A stretch of 64,000 nucleotides of DNA from contig JAIVFI010000033.1 of NCBI GenBank assembly GCA_025558095.1, forward strand, positions 499,940 to 563,939. The letters run 5' to 3'. Source of the stretch: Hyaloraphidium curvatum SAG 235-1 (Eukaryota; Fungi; Monoblepharomycota). Position numbers and translations under genes: made by a program. The notes below the pieces were generated by a model. The model was not told the origin of the DNA, made no database searches, and saw only the letters and a list, made by a program, of their open reading frames with translations. This document shows, one piece after another, positions 1 through 11,759 of the stretch. How positions within the stretch are numbered: the stretch's first letter is position 1; every line of letters starts with the position of its first letter.

Positions 1-287
1 CTGCACGGCTTGGACACGGCCGCAGCCTTTTTTCCACGACTTCAGCGGACTGCAGCAACTCGTTGGAGCTCGTGGCAGCGCGTTGATCCGGCGCTGTGTC
101 GGGGCTCCCTCGCTCGACACTCGGACTAATGCGAGGACAGGTGTCCCGTCGAAAAGGCTTGGTCTCGACGAGGTCTCGCCGAAGTAGACGCTGCGTTGGT
201 GCGGCCTGCCTCAAACTGGCGATCCGTGCCCGCGCGTAGAGGACAGGGTCGCACTGGGCGCTTTGGGACCGGGAATCTGGCGGGCAA

Positions 288-747
288 GTGCTTGACCTCG
301 CTTCCGGCAAGTTCGTCGCCGTCGGAGCCTCCCCGGACGGCCTTCCCGCCTGCATCTCCAAGGATGGCCGCAGCTGCGCGCTTTTTGACCTGGAGGAGTG
401 CGCATCCCGGGTGTTTGCGAGCGCCGCCAGCACGACGCCCTTCCTCGAGTGCGGCCGGGCCCTGCTCGAAGCAACCGGGGTGACTGGGCTCGAGAATCCC
501 AGGCACTGGTGCAGCATTGCTGCCGCGGGCCGGGTGGCCGGGGGCGTACCCGGCTTTGGTCGGGTCGTCAACACTGTCTGTTGCACCAACGGCGAGCCCG
601 GTGCTAACTACGACGGCTGATGCTGTCTCGACGACGACTTTGCCGGCGGTACAATCCGTAAGCCGGCCGAGCGCCGGAGGAAGCAGGACTAGGATCGGAT
701 CCACGGCCATGATCTTCGTCCTCGTAGTGGCGGCACAGTTTGCTTGA
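288..747 (+). CDS. 3' part of a putative secreted/surface protein with a Cys-rich motif and Ser/Thr-rich hydrophobic tail (5' end outside window; exon structure unresolved)
   Basis: ORF 288-620 has CISKDGRSC...CG..LLEATGVTGLENPRHWC. Overlapping ORF 517-747 has a Thr/Ser-rich stalk and hydrophobic end (AMIFVLVVAAQFA*), GPI-signal-like. How the two frames join was not resolved. Confidence 0.35.
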
Positions 748-760
748 TCGGCTCCAGCAC

Positions 761-859
761 GGTGCGCCAGGAACGCGACGTGCTCGCTGACGGCCGCGGG
801 GACGACGCGGTGCGCGTGCAACGCCGGGTTCTTCGGGAACGGAAGGACGTGCACCAACC
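761..859 (+). repeat. 99-bp inverted copy of one EGF-module coding segment from 12638-12736
   Basis: ggtgcgccaggaacgcgacg...gtgcaccaacc is the reverse complement of 12638-12736 with one visible mismatch (gga vs ggc). Confidence 0.9.
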
Positions 860-935
860 GCGACACCACCGTGGTAGAGCACGCAACGAGATGAAAAGCA
901 CTCGTGTATGTCCACTGCAACAAATCGAGTTTACA

Positions 936-3750
936 TCAAGCAGGAAGGTACGGGGTCAGATCTCTGCCGTCGAGGGCCATGAGGACGTGGTAGACGATGT
1001 CCCCCTGCACGACCACGAACTGTCCCATCAGGAGGCTGCGCGCGGATTCCAGTCAGCAAAAGAAACGTCGGCCCGCTCGGCCACCCACTCGATGAAGCTC
1101 TCGTGCCTGTTTGCCGACGCCGCGTGGGCGACCACGGCGTAGTACGGTCCGATCCCGCGCTCGCGGCAGCCCTTCATCAGGCGGTACGAAAGCCACTCCG
1201 GTGCGTCGCGCTTGGAGAGGTCCATGTCGACGAGGGAGTCCGCGAGGAGGACCGTGAAGGCAGGGCTCTCGGTGGAGAGCCAGTAGATCGACTGGACGAT
1301 CCTGGCCGGGGGAACACCGGGGAAGGGGAGGCCTGGGGTGGTGTGTGAGCAAGGCGGATCCAACGACAGGGGTGCAGAACATGCCCATGTTGTTAACAGC
1401 CTCGGCGGTGGCGGGCCGGTGGAGGGGGAACACGTTGATGTTGCGGTTGTTGAGCAGAGCGGCGACGTGGAGCTTCCGACCGTGGATCCGGATCACCATA
1501 TGAGCCACAAGGAGGCTGCGACGAATGTCAGCGTCTGTCAATGGCCAGCGCACGACTACCCACCCGGCAAAGTAACCGGCCCGTGGAGCGCAGTTCGTGA
1601 CGGCGTAGTAGTGCCTCCCGTGGTCCTCCCTGATGAGGCGCCGCGCCAAAACCTCGCAGATGGTATCGGCGCGGAACTCCTGCTCCGGAATCGAAGCAAT
1701 CACCCGGCGCACCATCGGCGCCAACTCCAAAGCGTTGCAGTACGCCAGCTCGCCGACGGTGCTCTCCAGCGGAACCACCAGGGCCGGCGGCGCCTCCCCA
1801 CGGAACCCGCACGGGCCGAGGTGGACCACGGCGCGGACCGTCGCGCGCACGGTGCTTCCCTCGGGAAGCCCTGCGACCAGGCAGGACCACGGGCCGGGGC
1901 CCTGGGCCGAGGCGTGCCGTTCCCCCGTCCAGTCGCCTTGGACCGAGACCACGTACGACGAGGCAAAGCCGGGGTCGGCGTCCCACTCGAGGAGGAAGGA
2001 CGTGCTGCTGATCCGGCTCGCCCTGGAACGGCGCGTTAGCTACGCCGCGGTCGCACGCACGGCGATCGGGGGCGGGCCCACCTCAGGTTCGTGGGCAGCG
2101 AGGGGCATCCTGGGAATGGCACCTCCCGCGAGCGGTGCCGGAACGAGATCGAAACCGGGGTTCCGTCTTCCCTCGCCGGCCCCCCGCGGACCACGACGGC
2201 AACGTTCAGCGCCCCTGCCTGCTCGGCAAAGGCGGCGGCGGTCCGAACGGTGGTGCCGGCGGCGTCGAAAGCGGGGCCCGAGTCGGAAAACCCGGGGCCG
2301 ATGGCGGGGAAAGCGGGGGGGAGGCCGTCGGCGCCCAGGCCCGCGGCGAAGGCGGCGAGGGCGTCCTTGGCCTGCCGCAGGATCGGAGGCAGGTGGAACA
2401 CGGCCGACAGGACGCGGTCGTTGCGCACGTCGACGTCCGCAAAGGCCGGCCCGAAAGCCTCCGGGATCCCGGCGTCCCTGAGCGAGCGGAACCACAGGCC
2501 GGGGTACTTGACGGCGTCCTGGACGCGGAGCAGCGCGCCGCGGATGGCCGCCACGGGCGCCGCCCACCGCGCGAGGAGCTCCGCCAGCCCATCTTCGGCC
2601 GCCGCGGCGCGGTCCGCCTCGGCGCCCCTGATCCCGCGCAGCAACGGGCCGAGCGCGCCGGAGAAGCGCGCCTGGCACGAACGCAGGCTGGCGGAAAGCG
2701 ACGGTTGCAGGCCCTCGGAGAGGAGCAGCTTGGGGACCAGTGGATCGGCCTCCTCGACGGTGCGGGCCAGCTCCGCGGCCTCGCGGAGGCCCATGAAGAC
2801 CCCTTCCGCCGCGGAGAGCTGGCTGTCCTTCACCTGGCGCTGCAGCCTCGCGGCCCTGGGGGTTGCGTGAGCAGACTGCCCTTTGCGCTCCGCATGAGCG
2901 GGGGGCTAACCTGTCGTCGAGCAGGGCCAGTGGGTAGAGGTAGGCCACCTTGGCCCGGACGTCCTGGCGTCGGTCGACGGAAACGATCCTCCTCATGGCC
3001 TCGCACGCGTCGGCAAAGCTGTGTACCACCATGCCGAGCGGGACGTCGCCCTGGTAGTTGGTGGTGGTCTGCGCCGAGCTGAACTGGTGGAAATCGCGGA
3101 CGTCCACGCTCCCGCCGCCGGAAACAGCAACGGCCACGAGGTCGACCGCGATCTGGAGGTTGCCCTGGACCGTAGCGACGTCCTCGCCGGCCGCAACCGT
3201 GTGCTGAAAGTCGAGGAAGGCGTCCGTGCCCTTGGCGAGGCCGACGACGACGTGGGTGGCGACCCCGTGGTCGAACACTTGGCCGTGCGCGATCCTGTTG
3301 GCGCCGAGCTGGGACATGTTAAGCATCTGGAATCCCGTGCGCAGCTTGTGGCGGAATGTCACGCGGGCGGTCCTCGAGTTGGACTTTTCGCGCCTCATGT
3401 AGTTTGCGGAACCCGAGACCGACACGAGGCCGCCCATGAAGGACCCCTTGACCGCGGCGCTGATGTCGAGGCTGTTGCAGACGTCGTCGAAGGTGTCGCC
3501 GGAAAAGAGCTCGTGGCTCTCGTCGGCGCCGGGGACGTCTGTCACCCCCACGAGCGCCTGCGGGTCCCTGCCGCCGGGGGTAAGCACACCTGACCACCAA
3601 GCAACGCCGTTGGCCCCACCAGAGGGTGACGCCGGGGATGAACTGGTCGGTGCGGGCGTCGTACGGGGTTCCCAGGACGCAGAGCGCGTCGCCCAGGACG
3701 GGCACCTTGAGCACGTCGGTGCGGGCTTCGAGCGCCGCGCGAGCGGCCAT
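936..3750 (-). CDS. Stonustoxin/neoverrucotoxin-like MACPF-CDC pore-forming protein with FN3 and a duplicated C-terminal domain
   Basis: Spliced: VLGTPYDARTDQFIPGVTLW|DP...LDISAAVKGSFMGGLVSVSGSANY...ARVTF...VFDHGVATHVVVG...VQGNLQ...YQGD...YLYPLALLDDR|AARLQRQV, matching SNTX-family motifs (LGMLYD-IPGITLWD; SFLGGLVEVGGSAKYL; ATHVVT; WLYPL). Then a helical region, FN3 (PSLPTNLR|ASRISSTSFLLEWD...SCLVAGL) and C-terminal repeats. Introns approx 3619-3568, 2910-2856, 2081-2023, 1385-1334 (GC donor), 1088-1036; stop at 938-936. Confidence 0.8.
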
Positions 3751-4099
3751 CGGGGGTGTGCGGAGGGCGGACGTGCAGTTGGAAGGTGCGATGCGTTGCG
3801 TGGCCGGGTTGAGAGGCCCGGGCGGCCCTTTAGCTGCGCCGGCGTTGAGAGCGCGTTGAGAGCGCCCCGCGGGGGGCCATCGGGGCCGTGCGGCAGGGGG
3901 ACCGCGGCGCCATCGGCCATGGCGTTGCAGTTGGCCGCGTCGAACTTCGCTGCAATGTACGATAACTGGACACAGATAGGAGAGGTTGTGGACGGAGCGT
4001 CGGGGGGGTCGGTTTGCTTTAGCCTATACTATTCTAGTCCGTCCGTCGCGCAATCGAATATACGTTCCGCGTCGCACGCGCCGCAAGCACGCGTCCGCG

Positions 4100-5639
4100 A
4101 TGTTCGCAGCGATCGTCACCGTGCTCCTCGCGGGGGCCGTCGCGGCGCTGCTGCTGCTCCCGCGCGGGAAGGCCGACGGCGGCCCGCCCGACGCGCCGCG
4201 CGTCTCGTTCCTGCGGCTCATCCGCCTCCTCCGCGAGCACGGCGGCGACTTTGACGCGGTGCTCCTCGAGCTGTCGGCCGAGGCGCCGCTCGTGCGGCTG
4301 CCGCGGCTGCCGTTCCTTCCGCCGCTCCACTTCGTCACGGGCGACGCGGCCCTGGCCGAGTACCACAACAGCAAGGACCTGAGCATGATGGAGGGGCTCA
4401 AACTGCTGATCGACAACTACAACGCGGCACCGAGCAAGGGAGACGCGCACGCCCGGCGGCAGGTGCAGCGCATGGCCCGCGCCATCTCGCCCGAGAAGCA
4501 CACGACGTTCGTCAGGACCGCGTGGGAGGAGCTCACCCGTATCGTCGACGCGTGGCCGGCCGAGGGCGAGTTCGATCTGTTCCCGAAGATCTACGAGATC
4601 ACCACCGAGCTGGTCACCACCGCGGTCATCGGCCGCGACCTTGCCGGCGACGCCCTGCGCGGCTTCATCGACGACGTGCGGACCGTGGACCCCATCGAGG
4701 GGCTGATCGCCGCGCCGTGGGCGCCGCTGCTCCCGCGCTGGCTGTTTTCCCGCACGCCCTACGGGCGGAAGCTGGCCGGAGCCCACGAACGGGCGGCGGC
4801 CACGGTCAAAAGGCTTGCGGACGCGCGGGTCGCGAAGCTGGAGCGGGGCGAGGAGCCCGAGACGGATTTCTTCAATTACATGCTGGAAGTTCTGAGGGAG
4901 GACCCCGAGAGCGAGGCCGACGGCAAGGCGTACGACTCGCAGGAGCTCGCCAGCATGTGCACGGGGCTCATCTTTGCCGCCAACACCAACACCTTCGCCA
5001 CGGCATGCTGGTGAGCTCGTCCTCCAACATCGGCGCTTGCTCCGACGACGTTGACTCGCCACCCCAACGAGGACGCTCATCAACCTCCTCCACCACCCCG
5101 AGCACATGTCCGCGGTCCGCGCCGAGCTCGCCCTCGCCCGCGCCTCCCTCCCGCGCTCCTCGCCCATGACCCCCGCCTTCCTCGACCGCCTCGTGCACCT
5201 CGAGGCCTGCATCCGCGAGAGCATCCGGATCCGGATCACCGCCTCCGTGATCCGCGGCGCCGTGCGCGACACGGAGCTCGCGGGGCGGAGGGTGCCCGAG
5301 GGGGGGCTGGTGCTGGTCAAGGAGACGCACGTTCATACGCTGCCGCACGTGTTCCCCGAGCCGGACAGGTTCCGTCCGGAGCGACACCTCGCCGCCGACG
5401 GCGGCGGGATCGACCTCGCGCTGGCGCGGCAGGGCAAGCTGATCGTGTTCGGGGCAGGGAGGCACGCGTGCATCGGCGCCAAGGTCGCCACGCAGGTGAT
5501 CAAGATGCAGGTGGTCAACTTCCTGGAGGGGTTCGAGAGGCTGGAGATCAGGGGGAAGGTGTCGGCGAGGACGGTGCAGTTTGGTGGGGTCGCCAGGCCG
5601 GCGGAGCCCGTGATCGTGGAGTACAGGAAGCGGGCTTGA
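4100..5639 (+). CDS. Cytochrome P450 (CYP51/CYP7-clan-like)
   Basis: N-terminal membrane anchor, I-helix GLIFAANTNT, ExxR (ESIR), FRPERH and heme motif FGAGRHACIG. One intron 5011-5071. Confidence 0.9.
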
Positions 5640-6185
5640 AGGACCGCGCCGCCGGTGGACGATGCAGTCGGTGACTGGACGATCTTGCTGCTGTACTGGG
5701 GAGAAGTCTGTCTGATTGAAGCGCGTCCCTCCAAGGGTCGCTTGCCCGGCCTCTCTTCATGCATGGGCGCCGATGGGACCAAAACAACTGCACGCAGGCC
5801 TTCTTCTCCGCCCATTCGCATCGTATCGACAGCTCGATCAGCACCCGCAGCCGCGTGCTCCCAGCGTCCACAGGAGCTAATCGCAACACCTGGCCTCTCC
5901 GCGTGCACACACGGCCGGCCCGCATCAGGGGTTTCTTCGTAGGACACTTCCGGATCCTGATGCAGTCCTGCATCCTCGCATTGTATGGTTGTTATCCCAC
6001 GAATGCGTTCGCAGCGGTGCGTATAGTTCGCAGAGAGAATCCGCCGGGTGCGAAATTTACGCAGCTCGCGGTCCCTAGGCTCCAGGGACGCGCTGGTTGA
6101 AAGCTTTCCATTCGACAGAGCGCTCTGGCGGCCCCGTTAACAGCCAGTCTCTGAGTCGTCAACAGCAGCCCGCGACGCCGACGCA

Positions 6186-8528
6186 ATGGCGGACAAGGCT
6201 CCTGCGACCGACGATCCCGCGTACTGGCGCGCCAGGCTTGAGCGGGCGAAGACATTCCGTGCGTCCAGGGTGAACGACATTGGGGGCAGGATTTTCCGCG
6301 CGATCACAGAGGCATTGAAGGGGAGTACGCGTCTGAACGAACTGGACTTGGTCGGATACTCCATCGGGGAAGATAGCGCACGTGCGCTCGTGGAGGTGCT
6401 GAAAACCAACTCAACGCTCACCAACCTCAGAATGGGCAACATGTCGCTGGGGGACAAGGGTGTTCGGGTCGTCGCAGAGCTGCTTCAAGAGAAGTCGTCA
6501 CTGGCCTGGATGACGCTATCTCGCAACTCGATCGGGCTTGAAGGCGCTCGTGCTCTCGCTCATGCACTCAAGGGGAACTTATCGCTGGAATACTTGTAAT
6601 GAGTGGGAACTCCATCGGGAACGAGGGCGCCCGCGTTCTTGCTGACGCGCTGAAGGCGAACTCGGCACTGAAGGAGCTGTACCTAGGCAGGAACTCCATC
6701 GGCGACGGGGGCGCCCGCACACTGGCAGAGGCGCTACAGGAGAACTCGACTCTGATAACCCTGGACCTGGGAACGAACTCCATCGGGGTCGAAGGGGTCA
6801 GCGCGCTCGCCGAGGCGTTGGAGAATAACTCAACACTTACGTCCCTGAGCCTATCACACAACCCTATCGAGGATGACGGTGCTCGCGCAATCGCGAATGC
6901 GCTGAAGAGGAACTCGGCCATGGCGCAATTGAACCTGGGGCGTACCTCTGTCGGCCTCGAGGGCATCAGGGCGCTTGCCGAAGCGCTGAGGGAGAACTCG
7001 GCGCTCGCGGACTTGGACCTGCGGGGCAACTCCATTGGGAACAAGGGCGCGAGCGCGCTTGGCGAGGTTCTCAAGAGAAACTCCAGTCTCACCAAACTGG
7101 ACCTTGCCGTCAACGACATTGGGATGAAAGGGGCCCGTAAACTCGCGGAAGGAGTAAAGATGAACGTCGTGCTGCAGGAGCTGGACCTCAGCCACAACTC
7201 AATTGAAGAGGAGGGTGGCCGCGCCTTTCTTTCGGTGGTTGAGATCAACTCGTCCCTAAGGCGTCTCTTGTTGGGCCAAAATGGTGTCCCTAAGAACGTG
7301 CTAAAGCAGATCCGAGAGCTTTTGAAGGATTCTGCCAGGGGAAAAAGGGCACTTCAATCTCAGAGACGTGATGTTACGGAGGAGGGCGACGCTTCCGCAC
7401 CAAAACGTCAGCGAGGTGGTCAGTCCTATGCGGAACGTGAAGAGAGGGCACCGTCGTCAGCACAGGAGGGTTTGGTATCAATGGCTAAGAGACGGAAGAC
7501 AGATCTGAGCACGAAGAGCAGGTATGAGATCGATGGTGAGCATCTCAAGCAGGGCGGGTACCTCGGGCACGGCAGCTTTGGGACTGTCATGGAAGGAACG
7601 TACCAGACACACACTAAGGTCGCCATGAAGATCATCAAGGGCTCCAACCAGACGGGCTGGCAGCTCGACAAGGCGATCACGGATCTCGAACGGGAGATGG
7701 AGGTATGGTCGCAGGTTCCTGACCACGACAACGGTGAGAAAAGTGGTCGTTCCGTTGCTGGGTTCGCAGCTCATTCCAGAGCATGTTAGTCCTGCAGCTG
7801 ATGGGATGGTGCCGCAAGCCAGTCTGCCTGGTCACAAAGCTGATGGCTGCTGGGACGGCCAAGAAGTACCTCGCGGGGCTCCCAAGTCCGTGGGAGCCGC
7901 GCGCGGTGCATCGTCTTCTTTTCCAGGTCGCACTCGGGATGAATCACCTGCATTCAAGGCCGAACCCAATCCTGCATCTCGACCTTAAGGGCGACAACAT
8001 CCTCGTTGACCAGAACGGCATCGCGAAAGTCGCGGACTTTGGATTGTCCAAGATCAGAGAAACTCCGTCCTTGCGGTCTACGAGCCGGGGGGTTGGAACG
8101 CTCATGTTCATGGCGCCGGAGGGTGGGTGGTTTGAAGCGCCACTCGTAGCGCATGCATCATTGAGGCCCCCGATGTTTCCAGTCTTTGCTCAGCCACCGA
8201 GATCGGGCACCGCCACCGACGTCTACGCCTTCGGCATGACCATGTGGGAGCTCCTTTCGCGTGGCCAGTGCCCCTTGGCGCGCGAAGAAAGGGACCTGAC
8301 CGAGGACATGTTCATACCGACCCTCGGTTCCGCCCATCGCGCCCGTTCGGGATCCCCAACGCCTCCTGGGCCCTGATGCAAAGGTGCTGGGCGTTGGATG
8401 CGGCGGCGCGACCGACATTCGGAGAGATCGCGGACGAGCTGAAGAGGATCCTCGACGCGCTGGGAAGTGACTTGGCCCCTTCGCGTTCCGACTCCGGGCC
8501 ACCGAGCTTCTCCATGACCGCCTTATAG
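6186..8528 (+). pseudogene. LRR (RI/NLRC3-like, about 12 repeats)-TKL kinase, copy 1, disrupted
   Basis: 28-aa LRRs and kinase motifs GHGSFGTV, VAMK, HLDLKGDN, DFG, APE, CW..D...RPTF. 1-nt frameshift at ~6598 (TTG TA ATG). A frameshifting deletion at ~8318 removes the VDLEAFGARLR segment present in the paralogs. Introns 7734-7789 and ~8123-8182. Confidence 0.8.
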
Positions 8529-8600
8529 TTGACAATCGGCTGGTTGGCAGCGATCGTATTCTACCATGTACTCTTGATGTCGAAGACATGTCGCGCAAGC

Positions 8601-11428
8601 CTAAAAGTCTTCCGGTTGGCTGCGGAAAGAATGGGCGTCAACGCGAGATTCACGGGATCGCTGTACGACACCCACTCTGCGCCGGCCTCCAGCTCCACGT
8701 AGACCCTCTGCACCCAAAGCAGCAGCTCCCTCTCGGACCTCCTCAGCTTCTTGGGCCTCCTCCACCCCTTGCCCCTCCCCACGTGCACGCAGAACACGTT
8801 GGCATCCGAGATCTCCCAGTCGCCCTCGTCGGGCTCGTCGATCCAGTCCTCCATCCGCGCGAGGGCGGCGTCGCCGTGGGGCCAGAGGTCGCCGTGGAAC
8901 TTGTCCGTCTGCAGGCCCTGTAGCGCGGGAAGAGGGTCAGCTTGGCACGCGGCGCCGGCAAGGGCGGAGATGTACCCCGTTGAACCACATGATCCACTAC
9001 CCGCCGCCGAGATCAGCGACAGATCGAGAAAACGAAGGTCAGGCGACCCACCGGCTGCTCCTTCGGTATCCTCTCCAGCCTGAACGCCGGGTCCACCGTC
9101 TCGTTCGCCTTCCGCAGCGCCTCGAGCCTGTCCTTCCTTCTGCTCCTGTACGTCCGGACCTTGTCCTCCAGCGGATCCCTGCTCACGTTCCCCGCCGGCC
9201 GCGTGAAGTTGAACCCCGGCTCGCCCTCCTCCGAGTCGCTCTCGGGATCGTTCCCGTACCGCGGGCCCGCGGCGAAGAACAGCGGGTCCGTGGGGTGGGC
9301 CAGCTGGATCCCGCAGATCTTGCCCCGGTCCTCGGGGGTCGGGTGCCACCCGGCGTCGGGGCGGTACGAGGCGTTCTTGCCCATGCGGAAGACGGTGGCG
9401 CCGCCGGGGAGGTGCCGGGGGATGAGCACGCCCAGGACGCCGGAGCGGGCGGGGTGCATCGAGTAGGAGGTGTCGGCGACGAGCTCGAACCTGTGCGTGA
9501 CGAAATGGAGGAGGATGAGCGAGCTGAAGAGCCCACGCGTCGACCGCAAGCACGCACCCCATCCAAAAAAGCTCCTTGTCCCCAAGCGCCCACTTGCCCG
9601 ACCCCTCCCTCCACTCCTTGCTCATCAGCTTTGCCGCCGCCACCAGCCCCTCGAGGTGCCTCCACCTGTCGATCGCCATGACCCCCGACTCCATCTCGTG
9701 CTGCCCCTTTCCCATGTACATCTTGCGCTGCCGGATGGTGTCGCTCGGCGGGCGCGGCATGACGCTGCGGAGCCAGTCGCCGTGGCCCTTGGAGTCCGGG
9801 AACAGGTTGTGCCGGTCCCGGAAGAAGAGCGCGCCCGTGTCGAGGTACAACTGGTGGTGGAACAGGTTGTCGGGCGGCTGCATGAAGACCACGTCGGCGT
9901 CGACGAAGATGACCTCGCGGAAGGAGGAGCCCAGGACGGCAAAGGGCTTGATGGCCCAGCCGCCCAGGTCCGCGACCTCGTGGTCGAAGAGGTGCCGGAT
10001 GTCGCGCACGGTGACAGCGCCCCAGCGCTTGAACCGCGAGGCGCCCCAGTCCGACAGGTCCCCCGGGCCCGAGTACCAGATCTCGATCGGCAGCCGCGAG
10101 CCCATCTTCTCGCGGATAGTGCGGATGCTGACCATGCAGGCGCGCAGCTGCGGGTCGCCGGCGGACATGACGATGCCGCGGCCGCCGGCGCGGGAGGACT
10201 TGTGGAGGGCCGAGAGGGAGGAGAAGGTGGGGCGGAGGAAGGGGAAGAGCTTGGCCTCGTAGGCGCGGAGGAAGCGGCGGGCGTAGTCGAGCGTCCGCGG
10301 GGTGATTTCCGGGTGCGCGTACGGCTCGTTCGCGCGCGGGTTGAGGGGCGAGGTCGGGTTGTCCGGGTCCGTGGGCAGCGGGCCCGTCAGCTGGTCCGCG
10401 GGGGGGAACTTGGGCATGGGCGACGACGGGTGGTTGGGCCGCCACGCCCAGGGGTCAGTGATGCCGTGCACCTTCCTGAGGTGCATGTAGACTTCCGCGT
10501 GGCGCCGCCGCAGGAGGAAGAACTCGCGCATGCGGCGGCCAAGCTCCTTGAAGTCGTTCTTGCCAATGTCCGACAGCGCGAGGTCCGGGTCCGACGGCAC
10601 CAGGCCCGTCAGGGCGGCCAGGCGTTGCTCGTCGCTGGCGCGGTATTTGCGCCACCGCGCAATCTCGCGCACGGAGCGGTCGCCGGGCTCGTAGGGCAGC
10701 GCGCCGACGATGCCGGCCTGGGCGCGCTCCTCGGCCTCGGCATCGTCCAGGCCGCGCCAGTCCAGCCACGACGGCTCGTCGACCTCGGGGTCGGCGTCGG
10801 CGGGCGAGGTGTCGGGACCCGCGCCGGCATCGTCCTCGGTGTCGGCGTCGACGCCGTCGCCGTCGGGGAAGGGGTGCAGGTGCGAGGTCGTCCACGACGG
10901 GTCGATCAGCGCAAAATCGTCCAACTCGTTCGCCGACTGCCCGCCTCCGAACCCAAACAGGCGGGACGGCCACGAAAGCGGGTTCCAGAGGGACCGCGAC
11001 GGGGTGTGGCCGTGGGCCGACCCCAGCTTCCGCTCGCGGGCCTTTTCCACGTGCACGACCCGCCATCGGTCCTCCGAATTCGGGTTCAGGCGGTTCCTGG
11101 CCTCGGGCGACACCTTGCCCGTCTTTAAGAAACCGAGCCAGTCCGACTTTGGCACCGCCGGTGCCTCCAGGGCGCGCCTCCGCCTCGGCGGTTCGCGGTA
11201 CTCCGCGGCCGGGGTTCCGCCGCCCGATGCGGGCCATCCGAGTCCGGAAATCCCGTGGTTAAATCCGCCCATATACGCGTAAACCAGGAACGCCACGGCG
11301 AGGCACGCCGCGACGAGCGTCCGGGTGCGGACCCGCCGGCCGCCGATGCGCAGGCGGTGCGGCCGCGCCGGCGAGTGCGGCGCCGCGCGCGCCTCCTTCG
11401 GGGGCGACGACGCGCGCGACGACGACAT
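8601..11428 (-). CDS. Alpha-mannosyltransferase, GT71 (MNN1/MNN2-like), type II membrane protein
   Basis: TM segment near the N-terminus; GRGIVMSAG, LPIEIWY, GWAIKPFAVLGSSFREVIFVDAD, TGALFFRDR, EMESGVMAID, GDKELFWMG|FEL, WIMWFNG|GL (21-nt microexon). The last exon is inferred. Confidence 0.88.
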
Positions 11429-11759
11429 CGCCGCCCGTGCGGAACGGGAGATGCCCGGGAGGCGGGGAACGGCGCGAGAGGTGCGGGAACTGCTGCGGCG
11501 TGGCAGTCCACCCGGCCGACCCTTCATCACCGCCGAAGACCCTGGCTTATCTCAAGCCAGGCATCAATCGGGAAGTCTCACCACCCAAGTCGGTTGGAGT
11601 TTGTCGTGAGATGGATCAGCTGCCAGGGTGTACGGCTCTTCAAGGAGGGCAGGCGAAACAAAGAGTTCTCTCTCTCACGACCGACAATCATCTCTATGCC
11701 AAAGACAAGCAGATCCACCGGTTCCAGCTCCAAGACTATCTACACTTTCACATTTCTCC

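Noticed and set aside
3751-3920. Upstream ATG at 3920 as the start of the toxin gene
   Set aside because: It is out of frame with the conserved first exon and I found no convincing intron linking them.
4100-5639. Calling the P450 CYP51/ERG11
   Set aside because: It lacks the AGQHTS I-helix and other CYP51 signature motifs.
6595-6602. TAATG stop-start overlap as programmed reinitiation
   Set aside because: A 1-nt deletion within an LRR explains it, and the gene has a second lesion in the kinase.
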